Positions 1 through 11,900 of a stretch of DNA of 64,000 nt are shown here, in pieces; the first letter of the stretch is position 1, and every line of letters starts with the position of its first letter. The position numbers and the translations under genes were made by a program. The DNA comes from Macrostomum lignano (Eukaryota): assembly GCA_002269645.1 (NCBI GenBank), contig NIVC01002492.1, positions 104,819 through 168,818 on the forward strand, written 5' to 3'. The notes beneath the pieces are model-generated. The model was not told the DNA's origin and did not search any database. It worked only from the letters and a program-made list of their open reading frames with translations.

Positions 1-237
1 TTGTCCTGATCCCTAGATATCTAAAGATATAAAATAGCTAGTTTTTTGTGTGCAGTATATATATGCATCCTAAAATTGCACCTTGAATTTCTTGAAATTA
101 AAAAAAAGTAAGTGCAGTTTAGGTGCAGTCTCATTACTTATTTTTTAAAGCTTCATTTGCATTGGCTTAACATAAAAATAAAAGAGAAGAGAAAAGAGAA
201 ATTACACTTTGAACCTTAAAATTGCACCTCAAATTTA

Positions 238-1306
238 GGCATAAGGTGCAATTGTACACCTTGTTTTGTTGTGCACCTTGCAAAAAACCCTAGTAGAATA
301 GTATATAAAATATTAGAAAATATTGTGGCAACAAAAATCTATAAAATAATACCCAAAACATTAAAATTGGTTATAAAATAAAAAGTTAAACATAGGCCTA
401 AGACTAAAAAAACATGCTTTTGCCCAAAAATGGCACAGTTTTTAGTTTATTTGAGATGGGAAAAATACCATTTTGGAGACAAAAACTTTAGAACTCTTTT
501 ATAATTTATAGGCCTAACTTGATCAATTTTCAAGTTTGGTATCATTTCACTTATAACCTATAGTCCCAACCCAAGGATGTTCCATGTATGCCACAAAACT
601 TTTTGACCTTGCACTGTTGCACACAGCATGCCAAGATTAGGGCCTATTTGAAAATCTCCTATGCACTGCATGCTGAGCCATAGTTTAGATCATGGCAGGC
701 ATATGCAGGAAAAAAACTTGTTTTTTTCAATTTTATACTAACATATTTATAATGTAACTGTTTTTGTTAAAAATGCATATTCTGTTTTAATTTTGTTTTT
801 CTTGTGAATTTCATTCTTATTTTCTAATTCTAATTTTGTTTTTAGGCCTAATTATTTTTAAAAGAGCTTTAGTTTTGTTCATTGATATTAAACTATACTA
901 TTTCTAGCCAAATCTAAACCTCTATTTTATTCCTGAATCCATTTTGCACACAGCTATATGCCAAAATTTTTTTGGTACATTGCTCACATGAAGTCTCATT
1001 GCACACAGTAATGCATGCAATGCAAGGGGGCAAAAACCCTCCTGCACAACACAAATTTGTGAAAAAATAGCATCTTTGAGAAATGGGCTTATAACATCCA
1101 AGGCTATAGAATAACAATAAGTAAAACATCAACATGATATAGGCCTATAACCAATATATAACCAATTTTAATATTTTAGGTAGGCCCTATTATTTTGTAG
1201 ATTTTTGTTGCCACAATATTTTCTATATTTTATATAGGCCTACTATTCTACTAGGGTTTTTTGCAAGGTGCACAGCAAGACAGGGTGCAAAATTGCACCT
1301 TATGCC
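238..1306. mobile_element. Non-autonomous TIR element (MITE), about 140-bp imperfect TIRs starting GGCATAAGGTGCAA, flanked by TA
   Basis: 235-375 is the reverse complement of about 1158-1309; TA|GGC...GCC|TA ends; no credible ORF. Confidence 0.75.
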
Positions 1307-1315
1307 TAATTGGCT

Positions 1316-1418
1316 ATCTTCTCGAATCGTTCGTTTAATTCCAACCCCCACCCCCCACCACCCTTGAATAGAGGGCGAAATAATTCCGGAAATAATTAAA
1401 CAAACGATTCGAGAAGAT
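1316..1418. repeat. Small inverted repeat / mini-MITE
   Basis: ATCTTCTCGAATCGTTCGTTTAATT (1316-1340) vs AATTAAACAAACGATTCGAGAAGAT (1394-1418). Confidence 0.55.
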
Positions 1419-1547
1419 TGCCTGCATGGCTTGATATGATTAAAAATGTATTTTAAAAAAATTCTTACTGGACACCCAACAATTTGGCACAATATGCTAG
1501 GTATAGAGCTACATAGACAAAAGTCTAATAGGCCTATATATGTGAAC

Positions 1548-4500
1548 CACAGATACTAGAATAACTGTTCTAGTCCCAGTAAAAAAGGGTAGTCGGAATC
1601 CGATCGGAATGTCCGGTCGGAATTTGTCAGCAAAGTGGCTCGTGCAATCCGGTCGTTTTCTAGTCGGAGTTTTCCGATCGGAATGTGACGCTAATATCCG
1701 ACTAAATTACGATTAGGTTGTATTTTTCAGAATTTGCTTTTGCATCGGCTAGCTTGCGTAAAAAATAAACAAATCGGTTTTCAAAGTGCTTAGCAAAATA
1801 ATACATTATTTAAAATATTATTCTGCTTGAAGAGTGAAGCACAATAATGATTGGCTATTTAATTTACTCAATGCATTGTATATTATGCAATTATAAAGAT
1901 TACAGTAAGCAATTTCTGCACAACACGTCAAGAGAGTAACTGTATTACACGTGGATGCAAGGAAACATCAAGAAAGAGCATAATAATAATGCAATATATG
2001 CAGAAAATGAGTGCCGAAAACAAATAATAAAATACAGAAAACAAATGCAGAATAATACAATAATATGATTGATGAACAACACATGAATGCAAAAAGCTAG
2101 CTAGCTAGATAAATGTTGTGAACCAAACGGCTGCATTATCAGTCAGCGAACTTACAGCCAGAGTCAGCACATGGTTTGTCATCACAGGTGGCGGCAGAGG
2201 CGCTTCATTGTCGCAATTGCTTCCCCCACTGACACTCCACAAATGTTGGTCTGGAGCTCTTGCACTTTCAGACGCCATCGCAGAAGCTCTAAATGGCCTT
2301 TGATGCAATCCAGAGAACTCGGAGGATAGGGTCCTGCATTGAGTAATTTAGAGAGTTAATGGCATGATCAGCAGACCAGTTGGGCACCTTCACTGTCATT
2401 AGAAAGATTTGGAAATAAAAAATAAGGAGAATAGTTGTCTTCAGGCAAGGCAAGAAAAAACTTAACATTTGCAATCTTTAAAACTGGTATAAAAGCAATT
2501 GGATATACTATATATACTATAAGAATAAAAACACAAAGAACACATACCCTTGAAGATCTCGCCAAAGTATGCTTGTACATATTCAAAGACAATTTGATCT
2601 TTGATCCTTGTTAGCTAGGCCTAGTCAGCTCTTCCAGGATCCTTTTCCCCAGTCTTGAACTGAACCTAGAGATCCCATCCATTATGTAGCAAACAGACTG
2701 TGGCACCTTTGCACTAATGCACCACATCTAGACCAGCAGTGTCTGAAATAGAAGCAGAAGCCATTGATAAGATAATAATACAAGCTATAGCATGCTTAGT
2801 AAAGCTAGAACTAGGGGCCTAGTCTTAGTCTAACAGTGCTCTATGATAACTAAGAGAAATAATATAAACAATAAAAAATTAATACTAGCATAATCAAAAT
2901 GCACAATCATATTTACTATTATAAATAATGTATTCTAAGGATATAATGTCCTGAGTATTTTTTATCTTATTGACCTGTTGTCTATTTGAACTTTCATTTG
3001 ACATTGAGATATATAGTACTTTATTTATCTAAATATACTAAATCTTAATATTTCTAAAGGCAAAATTAGAAGACCAAATTATTCTAAGTCTTAGCTAGGG
3101 TCCGGATTGTGTAATAGTGTATGCTAGAACAAGAATCTTATCTTAGCTAAATGTATGCCAGTGTATGCCAAAAACAAAAAAATCATTAAAATGTAAACTA
3201 AAAAAGCCTCCTAAAAAGGTCATTTGGTTTTCACAAGTTGAGTTTCCTAAGAAAGGTTTTTGTATGAAAAGTATTCTTTAAAATATTATACATATTTTCA
3301 TTTTAGACAAACTTGATTGTACCTATAAAAATAATGATGCAACATTTACATTTTAATAATAATTTTACTACTCTAAATCATTTTTAATTATAAAGAAGTA
3401 GAAAGTTTATTATTAATTTCTTGAGTATACAAATATTTCTTTATTTTACATAAAAACATTAATTTACATTGAAATTTTCATGCTCAACATAAATTTATTC
3501 ACCAAAAGTTGTAGGCCAAAAATGGATGTGAATTTGTATACCAAAATTTGTATGCCAAAAAATGTATAAATTATACACCAAAATTTGTATGCCAACTTTA
3601 AAATGAGTCAGTTGACATTTGCATATCCAAATTTTCTGACATACATGTAACATTCCAGGGTCTAGAGTCTTAGTTTAATTAGAGTTCTAGAGTTCTAAGC
3701 ATAGAAATGTTTTATAAGCAAGTGTAAATAGCTATTGACATGTGGCCTATATTATTTACTTACTAGGCCTAGTCTATAAATAATAAGTTAATAATTCTTC
3801 ATTATAATACTAAAAAGAAAGTCTTATCTAAAAGCAAATTATAATATACAATTGTAAACTATAGACATTATTCAATTACTTTGCTTAAATGCCTTAGCCT
3901 AAACAAATGTCTATTGATTGTTAGGTATATTGAGTAAACCTAATAAGACACACTAAATGTCTAAAGTAAGTTTAACTAGGGCCTGGCCAAGGCCTTATAT
4001 TTTTAGATTCAATGACTAAAAGCCTAAAACTAGGTAGTATTAATTTCATATATAAGAAAAACAAGGTATAAGTTGTAGTTGTAGTTAAATGAAAATACTG
4101 CTTTAAAGACAATCTTGAGAAAAATGTGTAGCAAAATAGGCTAGGCCTAGGCCCTAGTAAAGTAGGAATTGCAATAGGAGTAGGCCTAGGAGTATTGCAA
4201 TTAGCAATAATTAATAAGATAGTGGTTAGGCATTAAGTAGGTTTTTAATAACAAGGTTTTTAATTTTAATTTAGTAATATTTTTGCCAGGGCCAGTGCTA
4301 GTGCCAGTGGAAAGACGCTATAAGCAAAAATATAACGAAAAGGTTATATAGAGAGGAAGGTAAAAAATAAATCGCTTTTTAAATACTTTCGATATAAATT
4401 GGATGGCCAGCATTTTTTTGTGGCATCAAAACAAAAACTGAATTATTGTAGTAATTTTTTGTATCATAAAGGTATATTCTGCACATTCTGGCAATACATA

Positions 4501-4826
4501 AAAGCAAGAAAACACGTTTAGTACAGCACATGCGTTATGAATATGGCTGTATCAGAAAGTAGGAAGAAAAATGAGTACAAATTCCGATCGGAAGAAGAAG
4601 AGATGGTTTCCGACTATTTTCCGATTGCGCAAATATAGCTCGAAAAACATTTTCTTGTATTTTTTATGCTTATTATCATAGTAACGTGTTATATAAAACA
4701 AAATATTGTGGTTTAAACCTTTTCCGGCAAATTCCGACTGCCGATTAAATTCCGATCAGATTCCAATCGAATTCCGACTACCCTTTTTTACTGGGGTATC
4801 TAGTATCTAGTATTCTAGTATCTGTG
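1548..4826. mobile_element. Tiny (about 55 bp net) TIR element with 8-bp TSD (hAT- or P-like), split by a nested insertion
   Basis: TIR CACAGATACTAGAATA / TATTCTAGTATCTGTG; identical ATGTGAAC at 1540-1547 and 4827-4834. Confidence 0.8.
1575..4796. mobile_element. Non-autonomous CMC/EnSpm-like DNA transposon
   Basis: TIR CCCAGTAAAAAAGGGTAGTCGGAAT / ATTCCGACTACCCTTTTTTACTGGG, subterminal CCGATCGGAA motifs, 2-bp TSD GT (1573-74, 4797-98); AT-rich interior with no intact transposase. Confidence 0.8.
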
Positions 4827-4987
4827 ATGTGAACTTGCAACTCTAAAAAATATTGTAACAGGAACAGGTAAACAAACAGCGAGCCTGCAAAGTAGGGTAT
4901 TGACATATTATTAACTTAGAAATCAGTATTCAGAACTGATAGGCCTACAGTTGCATAGTGCGTCCAAGGCACTCTCCATTTAATAAA

Positions 4988-5770
4988 GGAAGTGCTTATC
5001 CCCACGGTCTCGTGTCAATAATTCCAATTTTATCCACACGGATCCGTGTCAATAGGCCTTTTCATATCGCTTGTTCTGGTTCCAGAACCAGAACCAATTT
5101 GTGAAGTATAACTTTTTGTCTCCATAACTAGAGGGAGATACGTGCTATAAAGTTTTTATTATTGAATGACAATCGCCAAGAAGAAAGTACTGAAAAATTG
5201 TGCTAAGTGAGGTTGTTAAGGCAGTCAAACGATTAACAGAATTAAATAGTTTTACTACTGTTTTTCTTGGAAGATCCGATCCGATTCTGATTCTGGAACT
5301 GGTAATATGAAAAGCCCCAATAATTTTCAGCTTATCCCCACAGCTAAGATTGTGCAGTTGATTGTATTTATTTTTGTGTACTGACGTTAAATCGATATTG
5401 TCATTTGTTTTATTACTCATTATTAGTACATTTTGAATTTTGAATTTTGCAAGTCTCATTCGCCTCGATCTTGGGTCCGTTCGGTCGTTCTAAGCAACTT
5501 GCCGGCAGCAAAGCAGCTGCAGCTCAAATTTAAAATTAACCCTTTTAACGACGAAAACGGTTTAACAAAGTACTCGATACTATTCATTATTCAGTAGTTT
5601 ACTTGGAAGATTTTTAAGACAGTGAAAACAAATAGATGGTTTTGAACAGATTCATTTTAAAGTTCTTTATTCCAATAAGCTGCCGTTGGGATAAGCTGGA
5701 AATTATCGACACGGATCAGTGTGAATAAAATTAGAATTATCGGCACGGGACCGTGGGGATAAGCACTTCC
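4988..5770. mobile_element. MITE with about 65-bp TIRs (GGAAGTGCTTATCCCCACGG...)
   Basis: 4988-5050 is the reverse complement of about 5704-5770; TSD not resolved. Confidence 0.65.
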
Positions 5771-6922
5771 ATTATAAAGGTTGACGCCTGACGGTCGTTT
5801 CGTCTGCTGCTAGTTTGTCTGCCACTCTTTCGTCTACAAAAATATAATACGATGCAAGTCATTTCGTCTGCCAACAAAATATTAAATACGACTTCAGTAT
5901 GCTGCAGCATGTACGTGTATATAATATTAAAAGGAAATATCATCATTAGATTGGGGTGGCGCCAGGGATCATAGCGATGCTCACAGCCGGCCGATCGGCG
6001 ATTATATTCAACTGCGAACTTTTCTGCCTTCGTTTCGCTATAATTTCGACATGTAGGTAGTAGACATGTAAGTTTGGCTCAGCAGGCAAAGAGCCTGTTT
6101 TGCCAATATGATTCGATGTATTTAAATTAAATTTTAATATTTGTTCAAAAGGTTGAATTTATTTTTATGAGATCGATGAAAACGAGTTACGATATTTGAA
6201 TAAGTAGGTATTTGAAAGAGCGTCTGGAAATTTACGGTTTTTTTCGAACGACTACGAGTATAACGACTAACAACAGAACGACAAGATTTTAAGTAGGGAA
6301 TAATAAAAAAGATACTGTACAGTATGACCTTGATGCAATTTAACGATTCTTCTAAAATGGGATTAAAAAATTAGGTAGTTAAATATTATTCTGCCAATAT
6401 AACAAATATCGAGTATACTTGGATTGCTTTTAGACGATTTTTTGAAAAGATAGTATTTTGAAAGCGCGTGATATTTGAAAGCATGAAAAACGAGAATATA
6501 CGTTTTACACACTTCAAACGAACTTTTAACGTCTAACGACGAACGAAGATTTAAATAGTAAATTAAAAAAGACGGAAAGAATATTACAAAAAAGTCTGAA
6601 AAGCGGATTTATTACACTGCTGATGTATCTGTTTCAGTTGTTTGCATAACTGTTTTAGCTATTCATGACTTCATATATTTTGGCTACACCAGTGATCTCT
6701 TTTCTGATTCTTTTTTCATTTGTAGCCTATATCCTATCTTGTGTATCTGTTGTCATCAAGAGGTATTGACAAGTATTTTTCCTGATCTCTTGAGTTTGTG
6801 GACATTCGGTCAAGTATAGTGTAGGATATATCGGAACCATTTCTCGCTCTACATAGTCTACATGCTTCTAGAGAATATATGTTGTGTGTGATCTCACATT
6901 TCAGTTTTGGAGGGTTATTTTT

Positions 6923-7012
6923 CATGACGCTTCTATGATTGTTTACATGACGCTTCTATAATTGTTTGCATGACGCTATGATTTTTACATGACGCTTCTA
7001 TGATTTTTTATG
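6923..7012. repeat. About 23-bp minisatellite, about 4 copies
   Basis: CATGACGCTTCTATGATTGTTTA repeated with variants. Confidence 0.75.
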
Positions 7013-8565
7013 ATGAGGACGCACTTTTTCCCAAATTCCACGCTAGCACATGGGCTCTAAACTTACTAGCCTACTAACAGTGGGCAAATGGGCATTTTTA
7101 TCCTTTTTCTGCGAATTGTCATAGAATCTATACTAGATATAATGTTTGGTAATACTAGTAGTCATAATAGCATAGGCGCAGCTTTTTTGGGTCATAAATC
7201 ATCGCTTTCGAAGCTGGTCTGACAGCCACCTGCGCCTCACTCAGTGTTGAGGCGGGCGCCAGATGGTCTGAGGGGATGCGAATGATAGCTTTTTTCTCAT
7301 CATTTTGACAGGCCATAAAGATTTATGAGGTCAGGGCCTATTGTTCGTGTTCACTCAAGCGTGTGACAGCTTTGACAGCTATGCGTTTTACCCCTAAAAG
7401 TACATTGGGATTAGCAATTAGCGATTTCTCTTCATTATCTTCACTTTCTATTTAATAAGAGCTTTAATAGTATATCTTTTCATTAATTTTTGTCAATTCT
7501 ACGCGAAAAGTCATCAATCATTTTGTTGCGATTTTGATTGATTTATGGCCGCACCTGTCATCAGGTGTTTTTGGCCCGCTCGGACTACGAGCGTATACAA
7601 CCTTTATCCATTCCGGGTGCTACCTGCAAAGCTTCTTGCAAACGGGTGCTACCCTTGGCTCCACCGGCCAGAAATTGACCGTCGTTTCTTGATCCCCGGA
7701 TTGCGACTTCCCCCCATCATCATCAAGGACGAATCCCCCCGGTCATCAGCAGTGAACATCAAAGTGAAGAGCATCACCTGCTAGCTATCAGCGAAGATTT
7801 CGACATCAGCATCATCCCGGGCCTACAGCTGCGAAGCACTAAGCCGATTCGGTCACTGTGGATTACCATGGTCTCCCGCTGTTGAGTTTCTGATTGGTTG
7901 GGTGAGAGGCTGCCTAGACTTGCTTGATTGGGTGATTCCTTATCTGTCCCCTGTTTCAGTAGCTGGATTAGGCGCACACTTTTGCTCATTTTGTTCAGTA
8001 GTACTGTAATCGAGGCAGAAGTCATTCAATAATACTGCTATTAGTCTGAAACTCCAATTCAATCTGAAGTGTGAAGTGATCTAAGGAGCAGGTTAAATCT
8101 AACAGTTATTTTTATCGGTTTTATTTCTTTGTTCGCCGATGGCTCAGATGAATAGCTAAGCTAGTAGGCGCCGGTCACAGTGGACCAATGGCAAGGCAGT
8201 TCTCAGTCGATCAAACTATCAAATAAGTTAGCAAAACTGCCAGTAGTGCAGAATCGGCGCCAGAGATGTACTTTGTGCACTCTAAGTTCGCCAAGCGGCT
8301 CGGGTAATGAATCATGCGGTCTCTGAAGTTCGAGTTAGTCTATCATCAGCGCTATGAGAGGCTGGTTGGCGCGTTGAAGGCCAAAAGTACAATTCTTCGT
8401 ATTTAGCAATGTAATAGTACATGTAGCTACCCCATAGTCTCGCCACTGCAAGAATCCCCTGCACAAGTCCCCTCTGTACCTGCATGGCCAATGTGATCTA
8501 GTCCCAGCAGTGTCCCTTATCATCGGCTGTGACCTCGAGATTGACAGCAAAAAGACACTAGTTGG

Positions 8566-8753
8566 TGTAGTGACTCAGACAAAATCGGAGGGTTTGCGAG
8601 TGCACGAAGAATCTTAGAAATGGGCCGACTTGCCCTGCAAGTATATTTATATATGTGAAGAGTAAGTGCGCGTGAGTCTTACGAAATACATTGCAACACG
8701 TGACTAATAATATTTGCGCGCCAATATTGTACATCGCACTGAACTACACTACA
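8566..8753 (-). repeat. Gypsy 3' LTR (188 bp)
   Basis: TG...CA ends, preceded by PPT on minus strand, TATAAATA in element-sense orientation. Confidence 0.9.
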
Positions 8754-8908
8754 TCTCTCCTCAAATACGGCTTAAAAGCAAAATTTTTAAGTTGGGTTTA
8801 AAAAATCTGTTTTTGTTAAATTTCATTCTGTTACAATTTTAGCAAAAGTCCAGCAAAAAATACAAAAAATCAGATGCTACCGCTTAACAAAAACCTTTTT
8901 CAAGCCTT

Positions 8909-11900
8909 TTAGTTCACGTTCACCTTTGCCGCCTGGGGATGTGGCCGCAACGCAATGGGCGAGGCCGCTCGCTCGCCTGCGGCTGGCTGCGGCGGATGCG
9001 CATTCACTTCCGGTTGCGGCATCGCTGGCAGCTCGCCCGGATTGTCAGGCTCGGACTCCGGTGCCACTCGCTTTAGGTCGGTGCAGTGCCGCCTGCAAAC
9101 TCTGGCACCCTGTCGTATCGTCGCCGAGTCCGCCTTGATCTCCTCGATGAGCCAGGGGTCCCACTCGAACGGCGTGTCTCCCTTGAGCGGATTCAGTCGC
9201 CGCCGCAGCACTGTGTCGCCAACCTTGAGCTTGTGCGGTCTCGCCAGTCGCTTCCGGTCTGTGTAGAGCTTGCCTTGCGCCTTTCGAAGTGCGTCGCGCT
9301 GCCGAAGCTGCCGGTCTGCGATGGCCACCTGTCTCGACGGTCTGACCGACGGGATGGAGTCGTTCAGCACGCGACCCATGAGGAGCTCGGCAGGCGCCCG
9401 TCCAGTTGTTCGCTGAGGCGTGCACCGATAGGCCAGCAGCCACTCGTCAAGGGCCGCTCTCCAGTCGCGCTTCTGTGCGATCGCAGCGCGCACCACCTTG
9501 TTGATGGAACGATTCAAACGCTCGGTGGCGCCGTTGGCCTGTGGATGTAACGGTATGATGAGGCGCTGCCGAATTCCGTAGCTGTCCAGGAAGCTCTTGA
9601 ACTGGGCTGAAGAGAACGGTGGGCCGTTGTCAGTAACTAATGTTTGAGGGATTCCAAACCGGACGAATGAACTTCTCAGTCGAGGGATTAGCGCCTCAGC
9701 CGTCGTGGTCTGGACAACCTCCACCTCGGGAAATCGGGAGTATTGATCGACGCAGACTAGCAGCATGCTGCCTTGAATGGGTCCTAGCAGATCCGCCCCG
9801 AGCGTCAGCCAGGCCGCCTTCGGGATGGGCGTTGGCTTTAGCGGTGATGCAGTCACGTCAGCGGCATGCGAGGTCGCCAGGCAGGCCCGGCACGTGGCTA
9901 TGAAGCGCTCCGTCTCCAGTTGCATCCTTGGCCACCAGACCTTGGTGTTCAGCCGGTCCAGCGTCTTACGTGTGCACTGGTGCCCCCGGTGCGCTAGATC
10001 CAGTACAAGCCGTCGGAGCGCCACCTGGACGATGATCCGCTGGCCCCGTAGGAGCACCCCGTCCACTGCCGACAGTTCGTGACGCAGCGCATGCAGCGAC
10101 CGCAGTTCTGCTGACTCCAGGCTCCACCGCCCTGTCTCTAAGGCGCGAATCGCCGCTTGAATTGTTGCGTCCTTTTGCGAGCTCTTCTGTACGCTGGTCA
10201 GTGACAGCGCATTTGGTACGGCCGCCTGTACAACAGCGGCGATGGAAAGTGCATCCAGCTCTTCGCCCACATTCGGTGCGGGTGTCGGCAGTGGCTGTCG
10301 GCTGAGCACGTCTGCCGGGTTGAGCGGGCCCGGCTGGTACTCGACTGTGAATTTCATATGCTGAATGCGCAATGCCATCCTTTCGATTCTCGGAGGGGGT
10401 CTCGAACTGCTGCCGAACAGAGCAACCAGTGGCTTGTGGTCGGTTTGCACCGTGAACATCGGCGCGCCGTGGAGGTAGAATTGAAACTTTAAACAGCCGA
10501 ACTTCACGGCCAACGCCTCTTTCTCTGTTTGGGAATAGCGTTGCTCAACGTCCGACAGTGTCCGGCTAGCGTATGCGATGGGCCGCCTGGTTCCGTCCGA
10601 TTGTGTCTGTGAAAGGATTGCACCCAGCCCCGCTGGCCCAGCGTCGACAATGAGTTGCGTCGGAAGGCGATGGTTGAAAAAGGCAAGAGAGCCACTGGAC
10701 GCGATTTGAGACTTGATGTCGCTGAAGGCTTGTCTTTCCAGATCGGCCCATGCCCAGGGCTGGCCCTTCCTTGTCAGGTTGCGCAGCGGCTTTGCCAGGT
10801 CCGCCAGCCTCGGGGTGAATGCGGCCAGGTAGTTGACAAGTCCCAAGAACGAGCGCACCTCCGTGACATTCGTTGGCTCTGCAAATGCATTAACTGCCTC
10901 TAGCTTTGACTCGGTTGGCCTGACTCCGTCCTTCGACAGTCGCATCCCCATGAAGGTGACTTGCGTTCGCGCCAGCTTGCACTTGGCCGGGTTGAGCGTC
11001 AGTCCGTGCTGCGCCAGCCGCTGGAGGCACTCCCGCAGATTGTTGTGATGCTCCGCCACGCTGTGGCCATAGACAATAATGTCATCGTGGATCCATTTTA
11101 CTTTTGAAAGTCCAGCCAGCACGGATGACATAACAGCTTGAAGAATTTCCTGCGCCGTTGATAGCCCCATGCAGAGTCTCGTCAGCCGCCGAAGACCTCG
11201 AGGCGTTGAAAAAGTTAGAAGATGCCGGCACTCCTCTGACACAGGGATTTGATAGAATGCTTTTGCGACGTCCAACTCTGAGAACAGCGTCGCTCCTGCC
11301 ATGTCGCCTGTTACCTCCTCAAAGGTCGGTATTGGGTGTCGCTCCCTGACGACAGACTTGTTTAGCTCCCTCAGATCCTGAGTGATCCTGATCTCGCCAG
11401 GAGCTTCTTTGGGGACGACGACGATACGAGAAACCCACGGGCAGGGTCCCTCCACTGGCTCAATGATGCCTTGTTCTTCTAGGTACTGGAGCTCGGCGTC
11501 CACTGCTGGGGCGAGGTGAATTGGCACTCTTGATGGTGGATGGCACACTGGTCTTGCGCCCTCTTCCAGGAAGATGCGGGCTGCGTAGTTCTTAAGACAG
11601 CCGATTCCGTCGAAGGCCTGTGCATTTTCCTTGAGGATTTCGTCTAAAGATGGAGCACCTGGGGACTGCCGAAGGTCTTTTGGAACGCCGGCTAGCAGCC
11701 TGTCAGTCGGACACTCCGAGCGTAGCTCACACGCTGCCTTGTCTTCCGGGCCGACTCGCAGAACTCCTAGGTCTTCCGCGCTCCTGCGGCCTATTATGCA
11801 AGCACCCTTTCCGTCCAGCACCAGGAACGGAAGCGTCTCCTGGCAACCGAAAACGCTGACCTGTAGGTCGGTCTTGCCGAGCAGCTTCAGTGGCTGTTGG

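Noticed and set aside
2105-2592. Coding remnants (possibly BEN-like) within the EnSpm-like element
   Set aside because: Fragmented by stops; no motif I can support
5536-5785. TTAA|CCCTTT as a classical piggyBac end
   Set aside because: No convincing matching AAAGGG|TTAA end
11070-11100. RT motif IHDD instead of YxDD as a novelty
   Set aside because: Non-Tyr variants before DD are common in this Gypsy group
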